DNA of 64,000 nt from Raillietiella orientalis (lineage: Eukaryota): positions 1,240,001-1,304,000 of the forward strand of contig JAYWIR010000013.1 in the NCBI GenBank assembly GCA_036172245.1, in the 5' to 3' direction. A program made the translations under genes and the position numbers. Position 1 is the stretch's first letter. The number at the start of each line of letters is the position of its first letter. Under the pieces are notes generated by a model, which was given only the letters and a program-made list of their open reading frames with translations, made no database searches and had not been told where the DNA came from. Below, in pieces: positions 1-15,417 of the stretch.

Positions 1-193
1 AATTAAATTTTCTAGTCTACATGTTCTATTACTAGTTTCTGGTTTTATTCTATTTCCTTCATAGGCAGTTTTTGGTGTGCAAAATGCTTGGATAAAATAC
101 GTTTTATGTGTTTAGACTACTAGCTGTCAATTAAACATTAGATTCGAGTCTTGGCTTATTTAACTGCCTGAATTATTTAAGAGATCCTTCCAC

Positions 194-3100
194 CTTTAAA
201 TCGCTGACTGCAGAAAATACAAGGTTTGTTAAAGCCTCTGCCACCGTCATCCTTGCTCCAGCTTTGGCATCCAAAAGAATTTTAATAGGCTGCTCTCCAA
301 TTGCAGTAGCAACTCCCACCTGGTGATGTATTGCTAATTACGAGATGCCTTTATCGGATATGCTTACCTTTTCAAAATATGACATAGCAATGACTGCAAC
401 ATCTGCAAGTGGAGTATGCAAAGGACCAACGCACTGCTGCTGAGCAACTAGTCCTGTTACCGAACGATCAACTTTGCTTGTGAGATATCTCTTGCTGGCA
501 ACACTAGGAAGTCTTAGCACCAAGTGAAGAGCCTCTTCCACCGAAAGTTCAACAGGAACATCGGGTGATAAAGGTTTTGTGCGGGAAACTAAGTGGAATT
601 GCTACTCGCAAATATGACACGTATTTTTCCAACTTATACTTACTTTGGCGGGCATGTCGCCCAATATAATACCAAGATCTAAATCTACTGTTTTTTTCAC
701 AGTCCCTGCTTCATCCTCTTCTGTAAACACAATCTTTTCGAGAGCGAAGGCGTAACATTTGAAATCTAAGGGTGAAGAACTTGATATTTACTTTGCCATC
801 TCCGGTGACAGTCCCAACAACGCAAACTGGGCATCTTTCCCTCGCACACATCTTCAGCAGTGATGGATAATCATCTTTTGCGATTAGAATTGCGTTACTC
901 TCCTGGTATTCAGCACTCCAAATTTCCATAGTGCTGACCGTTGGGTCTCCAAGAATAAATCCCGATTTTTGAATGCTCGCACCGGCAGGGAAAACTAGCT
1001 CTTTAAGGACGTTTCCTTATGTTGAAATTTCACAGAAATTCTGCCTACAGCAAATCCTTGGACCACTTACCATTACCGCCTGCTCCTTGGTCATGAATAC
1101 TCAGTATAGGATTTTTCGGGGATTCCAGGCAAGCTCTTATAACTCTGTTTAATTTCTGTTCCATTTCTGGATCACCACGCTGCACTGCATTAAAATCTAA
1201 TTCTGCACGGTTCCTAGACAGGTCCTAACAAAATTCCTTTCCTAAATCAATTTTCACTTTTCCAAACGGCAGGGAACATCGAAAGAAAATAATGTCATCC
1301 ACGCGGCAATATTATTCTAATCTTTTTCTCCTTTTTTGGCCAGTCGGCCATTCAATCATTATCATCATTACAACAAGCAGATCTCGCCTACAGGTGCCCA
1401 TGTTTCGTATTTTCCATTTCGAATGGCCGCGATTAACAGGCACGTCATGGAGGATGCAGGGCAGAGCTCCATTCTCCTTAGCGGCGTGAACTACTGGAAG
1501 ACACGAGGAAACCAAAACGTGCCCTGATATTTGGGACGAAAGTGTACAATGCAGATCACGAGAGGCCGGCTAAATCCAAAGGAAGTGTGTCTTTTCCGCT
1601 GTGGAAAAGTGTCCAAAAGAATCCTCCAGGACAGGCTTCTTCTTTCGATACGGCGAAACGAAGCCAGAGGAACATGCAACTCTCCGGAAATCAAAGACGC
1701 CACACGTGCAGCAAACGCATGTCATGCCCTTCACGAGGCTTCACTTCTAATGGGATTTTCATTCACTCCAATCGTTAACCTACGAAGACTTGGACGTGTG
1801 TGCGTTTCACGAAAAGGCAGTTGGGGCATTCAGATGACCTCTGATGATTCGGAATTACGAAGCAATTGCAATCGCCACGAGTTATTTCGCGACAACAGGC
1901 GATAGTAGGTAGCAGGGAAGAAATTACCTGAACGGAACTAGCTGCTCCTCCACCTACACCTATACGATAGACAGGACCTCCCAATTTCACCACCATCATT
2001 CCAGGTGAAGGTGATACTTTCTTTATCATATCCATGTCGATGGTACCTATGCCACCAGTGAACATTATAGGCTTAACCCATTCTCTTCTTTCCCCATTAG
2101 ACAAGATGGCCCCAAAGGATCGAGAAAATCCTTGCACGAGAGGTTCTCCGAATTTGTTTCCGTAATCAGAGGCACCATTGCTGGCCTCTATAATCACTTT
2201 TAACGGAACACACAAATTTTCAGGATAACCGTGATCGAACTCCCATGGAAGGGGATAGTCTGATAAACACATCATTATAAAATGAAAGAAAGAAAAACAA
2301 AAATCTCATTATACCAGGGATGAGGAGGTTTCCGAAGCAGTAACCAGCAGTCCCGGCTGTTACATACGCTCCTCTTCCTACTGCCTGAACATCTCTAATT
2401 CTTCCTCCTGATCCCGTGGCTGCTCCACTGAAACGACCTTCCGAGTTCTATTTCAGAGACGGAATAGCATACCTGAATGGACATACGCCTGTCGGGAAAT
2501 TGTGCGTCTCTGCTGTGAAAACAATGTGTTTTAATTTTTTCCCCTGCTTATAAACCAGTCCGGGGCAATGGGAGCACGACGCCGAAATACTGGAGACTTC
2601 GTATCCGTAGATGGCGCTGGAAAGATTTTTCTTTCAGCGGTTTTCAGTTCCTCAGAGCACTCAACAAGATTCACTAATGGAATGGTTACGGTTGCAAGGC
2701 AGAAACGAGGATGAGAGAAGAGCCGAGCCGGTTAGCAAGGATTGACCCTGTGTTCGGGTAAAAACATCTCAACTGAACCGAAAACAAAAACGACCTGCGA
2801 ATCGGAGTTTCTCCGGCTGCCGCAAAACGTTTCCGTTAGCAATTCCCTTCACATTGATCTGAGTTCACCATGTTTCCGGAGATTTTTGGACGCCAATGAC
2901 ATTCTCCTTAAACGAACCGTTTGAAACAAAAATGAATTCAACCAAAGGTTAAGCGAGAGGATGCTAAAAGTACGCTGCTTCTCTTGTTCTGTCCCTTAAA
3001 GAAAGGAGAAAGAGTCGATTTAAAGAACAATAACTTGTGCAATTCAAACTTCCTGAGCTGACATGTTGGAAATTGAGATACTAGAATTCCTTTCCAGGTG

Positions 3101-6100
3101 ATTCTTGTATACCACGGGCAGGTATTACCAATCTGGCCGTTAGTGGAGTCGCACCAGTCACTTTTTGCAAAAAGTTTGTGAAAAAACAGCCTTCATAAGA
3201 GGATCTCATAGAAAAAGGTAAGAAAGATCTGTCTGAATTATCGCATCGTGAAGACGGCGGCTTTTGCAAATCATGAACGCCTGGTCTGAATAAAGAGGGC
3301 ACCGATTTCACGTCGAGTGCCAAAAGAAAGCAGCGTGAAACTAAAAACCCACCATATGCGAGCGACAGCCCTGTAAGAATAGGATGCTTCCCATCCTCCA
3401 CCATCTTCCCTAAATACAGACTTCCTATACATGACTCAATATTCCATCATTATTAGATTACATCTACCTACTTATTAGGTTACTACTTACTGCAGACAAG
3501 ATTCATCCCACTGCGCAACTCTTCGCAAGTGCTTTGTAATTTTGCATCTACAGAACAAAGCTTTTATGAATCGGAGCCATCAAGCACCCAACAACTGTTT
3601 CTTCGCAACCACTCTTTATTCTGTGCATTTCAAAAGCCAATATTCACTGCTCTCATCCGACTCCCGCTTCGATTCAATCTTCCCCGCAGCAATCTTCATA
3701 CAAAATCTCTAATTAGGGGAGGTGGTTAACTGTGAGTTTCATATAGAATGAAACCCGAAAACTGAACTTTCGCGCCTTTTTGCCTGCATGCAGAAATCGA
3801 CTCGACACAAAACAAGAAAGTGTCTAAACGCGGAAAGCATCCTCAGTTTCCGGTCTTTTAAATTAGCAAAGAACTGCTCCAGTTCTAAAATCCGATGAGA
3901 TTTTCTGGACCTAAGGTTGCTGAAGCGCGGATAACGAACTTCCCCGATGATGGGACGCCTATTGACTTTCCATTTACCTATTCTCCTGCGACACCCTAAA
4001 GCAGTCTTGGCAACACCAGAGATCGAAACGAGATTAAAACAAAGGGAACTTCAATTTCATACTGACTTCCCAGTTTCTTTTCTTTCCCCTGACTTTGACA
4101 GAACATCTTGCGAATTATCCCATCCTCAGCTTTTTTTCCCCCATTGCTGAGCATTTTTTCAATAACCACAGCACAACAACCGAAGAGCATTCCCGGATTA
4201 CGGGTACTGCTGATGAAGCTATTTATGTCTGGAAATGCTTTCTACTATCTTAAGCTTTCACTTATCTAATCTTTTTGTTTCTCTTCCGCTTGTTCTTTTT
4301 TTCTCCCCCCCCCCCTTTTTTCTTTTACAAACCTGCCATTGCAAAAGTGGCGTTGTAATAGAATATCTTGCGATTTTTTTTTTGTATTCAAACAAGGAAT
4401 TGCTTTTTCAAAATTAAAAAACAACAACTCAAGTGTCGGTAATCTGACGTTTTGTTGTTTGTTTTTTTCTAGATAACTTACTACGGCCCATCTTACTAAT
4501 TAAACACCAAGAAATGTGGTCTTCCTGCAGATATGAATCCAAAAGAGGTCCTTGTGCAAATTCTCCTCGGAATATCGCGCAAATACTTTCCGCATACGAA
4601 GGGAATTGCATCGGAAGCTTTTAGCACATGCGTTGAAATTCCGAAATGTAATTTCTGCCCATGAAAGTCGGAGGTTTCACATCATCGCAGTTTGCGCACA
4701 GAGGCCATAAGCACACAATAAACAAACGCTGATTAGAAAAGACAGAACTGATACGGAGGTAGGATCGAATGTCCGATAACCGAAAATATCAAGGAGGGAA
4801 AAAGCCTGGTTCCAAACTTAAAATGACGACCCTGCTGCGCTCCAAGTAGTTTCGCATGCCTATCATCCAAACCGTGATAAACAACGGAACTCACAGCTCT
4901 TTGATTTCAAGGACGACGTCCACTGACACGGGTTCCTCCCAGAATCAGTAACACAATTCAACAGACACAATCAGTTCCTGAATCAACACGTTGTTTTCCG
5001 TGCAACCTTTGGTGAATGAGAATCTCCTCTTGGTCGTCGTAAGAAGCAAACGCTTTGCGAGAGAGTTCATGCTGAGCAGTAGTCCACGTCTCCTCCAGCT
5101 CAGATGAAAGAGTTGCCTCCACTTCTTTTTTTTCTTTCCAAAACTCAAACGTGACATCTGTACTACTTGTCTCTCACTGAAGCGCTCGCTGCACGTGGCA
5201 GGAGGCGTGCTCCAACACACACGACATTCAAACACACAGGCACGCAAGGAAAACTTCATTTTAAAGAGCGGGAGCGGGAGCTTAAAGGCGATCTTTGGAG
5301 TTTCCAATTCGTCGGAGAAATGGATGGAGACAGCATTTTCTTGGCATTTCTCGGAGGATATTCTCTGGGACTCAACGCAAGTGTCCCACCCATTGCCTAT
5401 GCCCGTGGCTTCACAAGCTGTTCCACAAATGATTCCGTTGATTACGAGCACCATTTGCTTGCGAACAGCGATTCTTCAGTTCCTCTTGCACAGCTGAAGG
5501 AAATTTTCGCATCTCCTCTGAAAACAGATGCTTTCCATGCATCCATCTTCAAAGGATGCATGCCGAGATGTGAATGCTGCTGCAACCATTTTCCTCTCGT
5601 TTTCTTCCATTTCCTAGGACTATTAACGTATTTATGTGATTTTCTAACTGCATTTCGGTGAGGCAGCCTCTGCATCAACTTCCTAAGGAACACATTTGTC
5701 AGTGCCAACAAAGTTTTGTACATTCCCATCCGCCTTCATCTCACGAGCCAAAGGGTGGGGACGCGCTGGTGTGGCCGCGCGTTGACTCGCAAGAAGTCGG
5801 TCTTCCCGCCCTCGCTACACGCACGATGCCACTGCAAACTGCCAGTTCCAATTCCCACATCACAACAGCGGATTTCCCGCACAAGGAGGATGCTAAGGAC
5901 GAAGAAACCCCACTTTCCAATAGGGGCGAGCGAGAGCTTCGCTGCATGGGGGAGCGTGCCGCGAGCCCACACACGCAAGGAATTCCGTTGAGCGCGCTTT
6001 TCCTTAAGAGCAAGACCGGAAGAGAAAGGGAAGGAGAGCAACGATCCGAAAGCACGCAGCGGAAGATTCGAAAAAGCACACGGAAACGACAAGGTTTGTG

Positions 6101-9100
6101 CCCCGACAGCGTTCGTCTGGGGAAAGAAGTCCCGGTGAGACCGGGCTTAGCGCGTCCGTTTGGGGAAAAGCTGCCTCAGGATGGGGGCGCTGTCAGCTTC
6201 CTTCGCGTCCAACGGCGGCGCTCACCTGCCGTTGTCCGAGAACTTGATCACGTTGTTGGAATTGGAGCGGAGCTGCGTACGCTTCACCATGTCCATCAGT
6301 GAAATGGGTATCCTGTTGCCATCCAGGAAGAGTTCTCCTTTGAAAAACCAGTGCCTGCTGTGCTCACTGTTCGACTGCGCCAGGTCGAAACACTCCACGG
6401 ACGTGGGGTTCCGCCCTAAGCTCCTGAACAGGCCGCAGTAAAATTCAATGTCCACTTCGTCGAACGCCAAGCCTGACGGGTGGACGTGGAGATAGAAGGC
6501 GTCCGGAGAGTGCGCACCGCCCTCCCACCTAATTGATCGTTCAGTTTTCTAAGCGCAGCTTCTCCTTCCTGCAGCACGGGGACTTCAAACCAGCGCTGCG
6601 GAGCGACGTCCACGGAAAACGAGGTCAACGGTTTATCGTACTGGCATTCCAACATCTTGTCATGAAGCAAGTGGAATATCTGGAACAAGACGGGGCGGAG
6701 ATGATGGAGGAAGCCTTGGTTTTCGAGAGAAGATCCTCGAGAAGGACATGCTCCCAGTGTCCCGGGGGCGGGGAATCCGCGCCCCGGTTAACAGCAAGCC
6801 GAAGGAACCTTGTACGAGTGTTGCTATGCACCGAGATCATCCATGGAAACGCAAGGAGTTTCGCACGCATCCTCGCGCAGTTCATTCAGCTGCATCCGCA
6901 GCAACAATCACCTGGGCCGTTCCCATGGGCTTCCCGGAGACGCCATCGAACCGTGCGACTACGTCAATCGGGGTCTTTGGGAAGGAAACGAATTCCTCCC
7001 TTAACGCAGCATCCCTCTGCCCCGAGATTTCCATGGACCGCCACCATCGCAATCCGCTAGGCTTGCCATCTACGTCACCCGGCGCCTCGGTCTCCTACTC
7101 TCTCGGATGAAAAACCACTGCCCCACTCCCCTCTCCCTGAACTCACGAAACCCCATCTCCCTGAAGCCGTGTTGTCCATGAACGTTAAAGATGGACCCTT
7201 CCGTTCCCTCCGTTTCCAGTACGCCTTCAAGTCTCGCGTTTGCGCATCGGATTCATCTCGCGTTTCCATGGGATGCAAGAACATCTCTATATCTCCCGAC
7301 TCCCACGCTCTCCGCGAAGGCCCGTGCGTCGGGGGGCAAGGAGAGGGACACAGCAGGCGGAAGTTCACCGGCGTGGAGCGCCCATGGAATCACGGGAGAG
7401 AGAAAGGAAAGTGGTGACACGACAGCACTTTGGGGGGGGAGGGAGTACGACCGATCGTCGCCCCAGAGAAAAACTTCAGGGGTGCAAACTTTCGCAGCGA
7501 CTCGAGCGAGGGCAGTTGGCCAAGGAAGCGCTCGAGCGAGAGGCGGCAGGACTCCCCCCTGCATTCGCTGGTCCTGCCGATCGTTTTCGGTGCTCCCGGC
7601 ACTGGCATGCATGTCATCGTAAAGTGGGCGTCCTGCCCTGAACGAGACAGGGTGCTTCGCCGCGCGGCCGCCCACTCGACGGAAGCGCCGGATGGGGTGG
7701 GAGGGTAGGGAAGGAGGATGCAAGGGAGCCTCCCTGCTAGGGAGGTGCGCGCCCGGGGATCCGCTGGTTTCCGCCGGGCAACGAGCTGGACGAGACCTAT
7801 CTGGACTGGATGGCAGCCGTTTTCCTAGCACGAAGCTCGCCGTCCAGCTTGACTTCCTCCAGACTGCCACCGCAGCAGCCGCCTTCGATGGGGGCGCACC
7901 CGCTGCTCTCGCAACCCTCCCCCGCGATGAGGTCCTCTTCTTCACCCCTGGATGATTCGCCGACCTCGAGAGACAGACTGCCCCACTCCAGGAAGTAAGG
8001 GGGGGGGATCGAACAAGTCGCTTTCAGCGCCACCTTTCGGCACGTCACTGGACGCTTGGCGACTCTCGGGCTGAACCGGCCAATCCCATGCAGAAATGTC
8101 CGGAATTGTCCACAACCACGGCACGCTTCCGACCTCCAAAGGACCACTCCGTTCCGCTCCCCCTCCCCCTCCGGTTCGACGCCTGAGGCGAAGGGGTAGA
8201 CGCGGCGTGCTCTCGGAGAGCGCTCCTCGACCTACGCAGCCGGCGACGCCGCCAAGCTCCTCGCTCGCAGCACCAACAGAAATCGGCAGAAAAGGGGAAC
8301 GTGTTGTGTGTCCTTCACGTTCCGGATGCTGCCTAAGGGGGGGAGGGGGAAAAGGGCTCGTTGCTAGGGAGGCCCCCATTTCCGATCCCTCAGGAGCAGC
8401 CTTTCGGACCCTCTGCTTCTTTCCCCGAGGGGGTAGGCTTCCTCCACTTCGAGCATCAAAAAAGACCGCGCGCACGTCCCGGATAGTACTCGACCGATGT
8501 GCCACTACTTGCGAGGCTGCTACCTCGGGTAACCGACCCTCTCTCCTGGAGGAGGCTGAGGTCGCCGTTCACGTCCAGCGAACGAGCGCTGCTGACGGGA
8601 AAGGAAACCGGTCGCAGCGAGATAGGGGATGAAGGAAGCCCAGTAGCGCCGCGCGCGCTTCTCTCGCTGCAGAGCCCGGCTGGGAACCGGGAAACCACGA
8701 GTCGAGGTGCTTCAGACTTCGCAAAGGACCCCGGACCTGCCACCCGAGGTGCCCGGGTACGATGCTCCCAGCATTCGGAAGCACTCCGGGCCGAAAACAT
8801 CGGCAGCGGGGCCGTCCATCTTAGGTCGTCGTCTGGGGCCGCAGGTGCGGCTGGGTTCTAGTACCTCCGCCCCCCTCCCCCCTCTCGTACCTCGTGGAAC
8901 CGCCGGTGGAAGCATCGCATCGATCGGCCGAAGCAGGCGTGCGCAGCGCCACAGAAGACATCGCGTGGTTCCGCGTGTTGGGTCGCAGGCCCGCCGTCCG
9001 ACTTACACCGCGCGCGCGGAGCGTGGTCGTCCGCAACTCGGAACACCGGGAGGAGACGGGGGGAGGCGGTTTGGTGGGGAGCCCGAGCGCCAAGGAAGAA

Positions 9101-9694
9101 GGGAAAAAGAGAAAGGAGAGAGCCACCACAGAGGGCCTTCTCCGAAGCGGGAGCGCAACGCGAGGTGTGAGAAGAGAAAGCGGGGTGAGCGGATACCTGG
9201 TCATGAATCTCCTGGCGACTCAATCCTCCACTCTGGGAAGAAATCCTGTAACGGAAGCTTCGTTCCACTCGGCTGACGCAGTCCAGGCCCACGGACTGGC
9301 ACACGGAGACCACGTTGGTCGAGAAGGCCGACTGGAAGTTCATTCTGGGAGAGGAGGCTCCCCGGTGAGCAGCAGAAGCAGCTCTCCCGGCGTGTTCGCA
9401 CCTGGGTCCCACCTCCAGAACGCTGCCGCCGCCGTCGTTCTCGCCAAAGTGGCTCGTGCAGCGCACGACGCCTGCGCTCGCCGCCGGCGGCCGCAGAAGC
9501 CACTCGACAAGTAGGCGCTCCTCCTCAGCGAGGGCCCTGTCCACTTCCACGTAGTAGCAGACTTCCGTTTCGGAGACGAACGGTGCCGGGACGCCGCCGG
9601 AGTAGGGTGCTTGCGGATCCATCCAGCCGCAAGCGGCGGTGGCGACCCTCCCGCCTGCGTCGTCGCCAACGCGCGCGAAAAACTTCAACAGCAT
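194..9694 (-). CDS. PFAS: Phosphoribosylformylglycinamidine synthase (FGAM synthase, large PurL type), 12 exons visible; the 3' part lies beyond the window start
   Basis: Exons (minus): 9694-9402, 9344-9197, 6679-6529, 6472-6226, 2616-2473, 2427-2315, 2259-1928, 1224-1071, 1015-792, 733-644, 601-368, 319-194. All introns are GT-AG with consistent phases (2256 nt, 752 codons). Hallmark motifs: [160 protein letters not shown]. The start codon (MLLKFF) is inferred. Confidence 0.96.
6700..8830 (-). mobile_element. Decayed non-LTR retrotransposon reverse-transcriptase remnant inside PFAS intron 2
   Basis: Frameshifted minus-strand fragments occur in RT order: [11 protein letters not shown] (WRPIS-like, ~8700), LSRQQRSF (Q.GF-like, ~8590), VRAVFFDA (VFLD-like, ~8460), VFLWGDD (F/YADD-like, ~7460), GRYRDVLAS (KYLG-like, ~7280). 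Confidence 0.5.
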
Positions 9695-10749
9695 GCCTGC
9701 CCACGTACCCACCAACCGCCACACACGAAAGCCGAGAACGCACTGGCAGCCACAACGGCCGACGCCGAAGCGCTCCGCGGCCTTCAATCAGCAGCGGGTC
9801 GGGGAGCGCTCTAACTTTGCCACCGGCGGACCTCGGCAGCACCTCCTAGCGGAAGGCGAGAAACGCGGAGCACACCAAGTGCAAGCGTGCCAGGCGGATT
9901 CGCTTCTTCCGCGAAGAGACCTGCGCGGACTCGAGACGCGCCTCGGGGAAGGGAAAACAGAAGGCCCTGCCTGCGGTGGAGAAAGCCGCTGACCGGGGCT
10001 GTGAAGGTCGTCGCCCTTGAGAACCTAACTGACGCCAGTGGCGAGGTTTTCCTCGATTGCTGCACGTGGTCCCCGATCTCGCAGACTTCCCTTTGCCCCA
10101 TTTCCGCGGTCCCTATCTTGTAAGCAGAATCCAAAGCGTTTCCGTTCCCGAAAACAGCGGTGAAGAACCCAACCCTGCTGCACTCCCTGACGTCCCTTTG
10201 CTATAAATAAATAGGTTAATAGGTGGACGTTGGCAACAGAAGGCAGGAGGAGACCTACGAGGTCCAAGCGAGTGAGCAGTCCCGTCCACCCGGCGCAGTC
10301 GCGAACTGCTGGAGGAGAGTGGGGGGCGCAGAAGAGAGGAGGCAATCCGTGAGCAAAAACAAATGGTGCAATCCGTGAGCCACTTACCCGCCCAGTGCTC
10401 CGGGACATTTCTAATGACAAAGACGACGCGCGGGTCAGGAGGGGGCTGGTTGTTGCCACGCGAAAGGAGCTGAAGAAGGGGGGCGCCCAACTGCCGACTC
10501 ACTGGGATCTCGGAGGACCGAAGCGGCGAGGCGTGCGAGACGATGACTGTGGATGAAAGCATGGGAGAACTCGGTCCCCACTCCTTGTGAGCCCTCGCTC
10601 GCGCGGAGCCAGGCTCAAAGCCGCCAACGCAAGCATGACAACCCTCTTGCAGCTGGACAGGATGGCGATACCAGAGGTGTTCCGTGAGCCAGCACGATGT
10701 CGGACGCAACGAACGCCCATTTCCCACATTTCAAATGTACGATTGTTGT

Positions 10750-13700
10750 CTTTGTTATTTATTTATTTATTCACTTTACACGTAATACGGATGCCCTGTG
10801 ACGCCAACGGTCCATGAGACTATTCGCCGAAGTAGAAAGAACGAGGAAGGGGAGAAGGAGGAAGAGAAGCAGAGGAAGAAACGAAAGAATGAGAAGAAGC
10901 ATCACCGTCACGTGCCTACCACTGGTAAAGAGCAGATTCGATCCTTCTGCAAAGGGGGATGCTCCGCCGGAAGAGCGCTCCATCCCTTCGCGCTATGTCA
11001 GCGCATGGAAAGCTACGGGAATCAAGAAGAGACCCGTCGCTCGACGTGTGTGACAGGAAAGGAAGCAGAGTCGAAGCTGGTCTTCGAGATGGACCGACAT
11101 GCCCACCTTGAGCAACAGCTTCCTTGAGCACTCCCCTCCCCCCCGCGTGCTTCGCGCGGGCACCGCGTCCGCCAGTTGGCTCGACTCCTGAGCAGCAGCT
11201 GCAGGCACCGAGGCCGCCCGCTGAAGAGCGATGGAACGAGGTAGGGCGGGAAGGCGTCAGCGGTGGCCGAATACGCCTCAGAAAGGTGCCAATGGGCGCA
11301 GACCGCAGAGAGAAACGGGGAGTCCCAGAGCGGAAGAGAATTCTGTCCCTCTAGGAACGCCGTCTGCCTGGGAAGAGTGCCAGCGAGGCGGGTCGCACTG
11401 TTCTTCAATACCAGGAATGCAAACAGGAGAGCTGCCGTGCAGCATCTGCATGTACCTCCCGGAGGGATGTTTTCCATCTCGGCGTCCCTGACCATCTGGA
11501 TCTTCCAGGGACTTCAGGCTAGGATCCGGGGAAGAGAGAGGTTGTGTTCCTCCTTTCCTGACTCCGTCTGCCTCATTCCAGAAATGGTGGCGACGGGGAG
11601 ATTGTATCTCGCTGCGGGGAAAAAGGGAATCTGAAGGAAGAGACCAAAATCCCTGCTGGCTACAGAAAAAGACAGCAATTTTATGCGGCACTATGACCAA
11701 TTGCTCAAAGAAAACCAAGGACAGTTTAGAGATATTATGGAGACCGATTCTCTTCATGTTATAGAATAAGAGATGATAGAACTCCCACTGACATCTGCCC
11801 GGGAGACGCATCGGTTTTCCGGACGACCGGGAGTCACCCCTCCCCGAAATGCTTTTCGAAGTCTGAGGCTGGACGTACCGGCAGATACTCGTTCCTTCTC
11901 TTCATCATCACGAGATCGAAACACCTTTTTGTCCTGAGACCGGGATTCGCCTACACCCAGTAATTAATGAACACAAACGGAGGATTAGCAATCGTAGCGC
12001 GATGCTTATGTAAGAGTACCTACAGGTTACGAAGCCACAGTTCTTCAAAAACAGATTCCTTTCGGTACGAAGGGGCAAAAAACATGTGCGTTGAGGCAAA
12101 GAACGCCAAACACACAAGAAGGGGTCATACCATTTGAAACAAAACACACACACACAAAATAGTAGTCTTAATGGAACCTTTCCTATAATAACGCATCTCA
12201 AGGAGCAAATCAGTTGCAAATAGTACTGTGCTTTGCACTAATCCCAGTAGGTATCGGGGATGAATCGAACAGAAATAGGTCTCTAGAACTGCTTTTCTCA
12301 TCTTGAGTTTTTCCTTGTTTCCAGCAAACAGTGTGAATCTGGGAATACTTTACTGCTCACATTTAGTTACTATTACTAAACTCCACCCCACATTACTTGT
12401 TTCTCATAGAAAATGGGTAAGCATGAATGCCTAATCAACTGATTCTTTGACTAAATCAAAATGTACACGGAATGCCTGAGAAAATATTTTTACTTCCTTC
12501 TTTTATGCGTGAAGGCAGGGAGGAGCAGAATATCCGTAAACTACTTGCTTTCTGTTTAGCAGCTCTTGTGGATTGCTTTTCTATCTCCCCTAACCACTGG
12601 ATGCAATCAATTCATCATGGCTTCGAATTTACTTATTGGCTTTTCGAGATTTTCACTTAGCGAGTCCAAGTCGCAACAGACGACTGATATCTGTTGTTCT
12701 GTGTTTTTGAAGTCTGGAATACACATTTTCAGTCTTCACAACTTGCAAAACCAGACAGGGCAAAGCTCGTACAGTATTCATATTCATCAGGTTCTCGCCT
12801 TTGCAAGAAAACCTTCGCATTCCCCTTTTTTAATTCCGAGATTTGCAGCAAAAGCAGCAAAGGAAATTTAATTTTTCCAATTCTAGATTTGTCGTTTGTG
12901 TGTCGCGTAATTTTCAAGGTTTCTGATTAATGCTCATACTTCCAGAAGATCAGGGTCCTCTTCCGCCACCCGTGAGAGGGATGCCAGAAGCCTCTGAGCA
13001 CCGTATTCGGCAAACGTCTTTCAACGCAAATGGTATTTTTCATACTTTAGTATATAAGCTGCACGGCGGTGGAAATTAAGATAATGTACATGAATATTCG
13101 ACGCCTGTCGGATTGATGGAATTTAAATACGGAAGAAAAGAATCCCAATTTCCATAAAACACACACAAAAAGGTACCATCATATTGTTCATTCGAAGCCT
13201 AAATACCGCAATTCTCCTGAAATTCAATAAATGCATATAAGCAAATTAAATTCAACAACGCAACACAACCCATTACCATAAACTTCAATTATAATGACAA
13301 CTTTAAATGGTTTTCGTACCTTAGTTTTATCATAGTCACCCGCTTCAAAGTACTTCAAGGTACTTAACATTGTAATTTTCCAAATTTGGGAATAACCCCT
13401 ATCTCGAGTTATTTATACATTCTCATATAACTTATTTCACACATTCTGTGTTTTTCACGTATCAATTAGTAATGAATACAGTTACCACTGAGGTTTTCCC
13501 TTTTCAAGACGATGGTTTACTGCCCCTTCTTAATATTAACTTCATTTTCCTCGGCACTTCTGGACTTCTTTACTATCATCAATTTTTAATCTAAGTTGAT
13601 ATCTATGAACATATCCTAATATCATGATCATAATGATAATCTAGCATGATCTTAATATCAAAAGATCAATCTCTAATTGACATTCGTTCTAAACTTCTAA

Positions 13701-13850
13701 ATTTCAAAAATCATTCGTAGAAAAATCCATCTCTCAGGATGGTATCTCATTACTTACAGGGAAATGCCCAGGCAAAGAACAAAACACTTGTAGACTTTCT
13801 CAAATCACTGTTGGGAATGTTGACACTGTATTCAAACACTATTCATTTTT
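10750..13850 (-). other. Candidate multi-exon transcript of unknown product, upstream of PFAS and divergent from METTL1
   Basis: Stop-free segments bounded by AG/GT: 13017-12940 (TFAEYGAQRLLASLSRVAEEDPDLLE) and 11950-11879 (ESRSQDKKVFRSRDDEEKERVSA). Further donor/acceptor-like sites lie near 13755, 11455 and 11105, and tandem AATAAA lies on the minus strand at 10758-10771. No complete ORF could be reconstructed. Confidence 0.3.
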
Positions 13851-14377
13851 AGCCGCCGTTGTAAAGGATACTCGGGAAACGTTATGCCTTTGATCAGCAA
13901 ACGGGATGGGCGAAGACACAGCAAGCACACGATCTCTTGCAGGACGCGTTTGGTGGCATGTATAAAACACGAAGAGAAACATGCATGAATCGATAGCAAC
14001 TTGGACTGAAAAATTCAAAGCATGAGGAAAAAGCAATCACCACCGACTCCCTCCCCATGGAACTACGTGCGCTGGTGTCTGGCAAACCGGCGATGCAAGC
14101 ATGGCTGATGGGAGTTGGGAGGCTTTGAGTGTAACCTTAGGTTCTGAATGCAAGTGAGGGGACAGCAGTTCTGATGGTTTAGTCGTTTGTACGGAGGAGT
14201 ACGTACAGAAAAGTTCTCGTAAGCCTCAACTTGCAACGCCACCTACAAATTACAACCTTGAAAGATACATGTAGCAGCAAACATTGGGCTGTTTTCACTG
14301 TGGGGACACAGCAACAAGAATTTACAGGATCCAAGGATTACACCAACATTGAATTGAGGTCACTGATTTGATACTCA

Positions 14378-15417
<1,040 letters not shown>

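Noticed and set aside
3080..3400. Weak plus-strand RT-like strings in PFAS intron 4
   Set aside because: The similarity is too faint to support without a profile search.
8858..9787. 309-aa ORF as a standalone gene
   Set aside because: It is PFAS exons 1-2 read through an in-frame intron plus flanking sequence.
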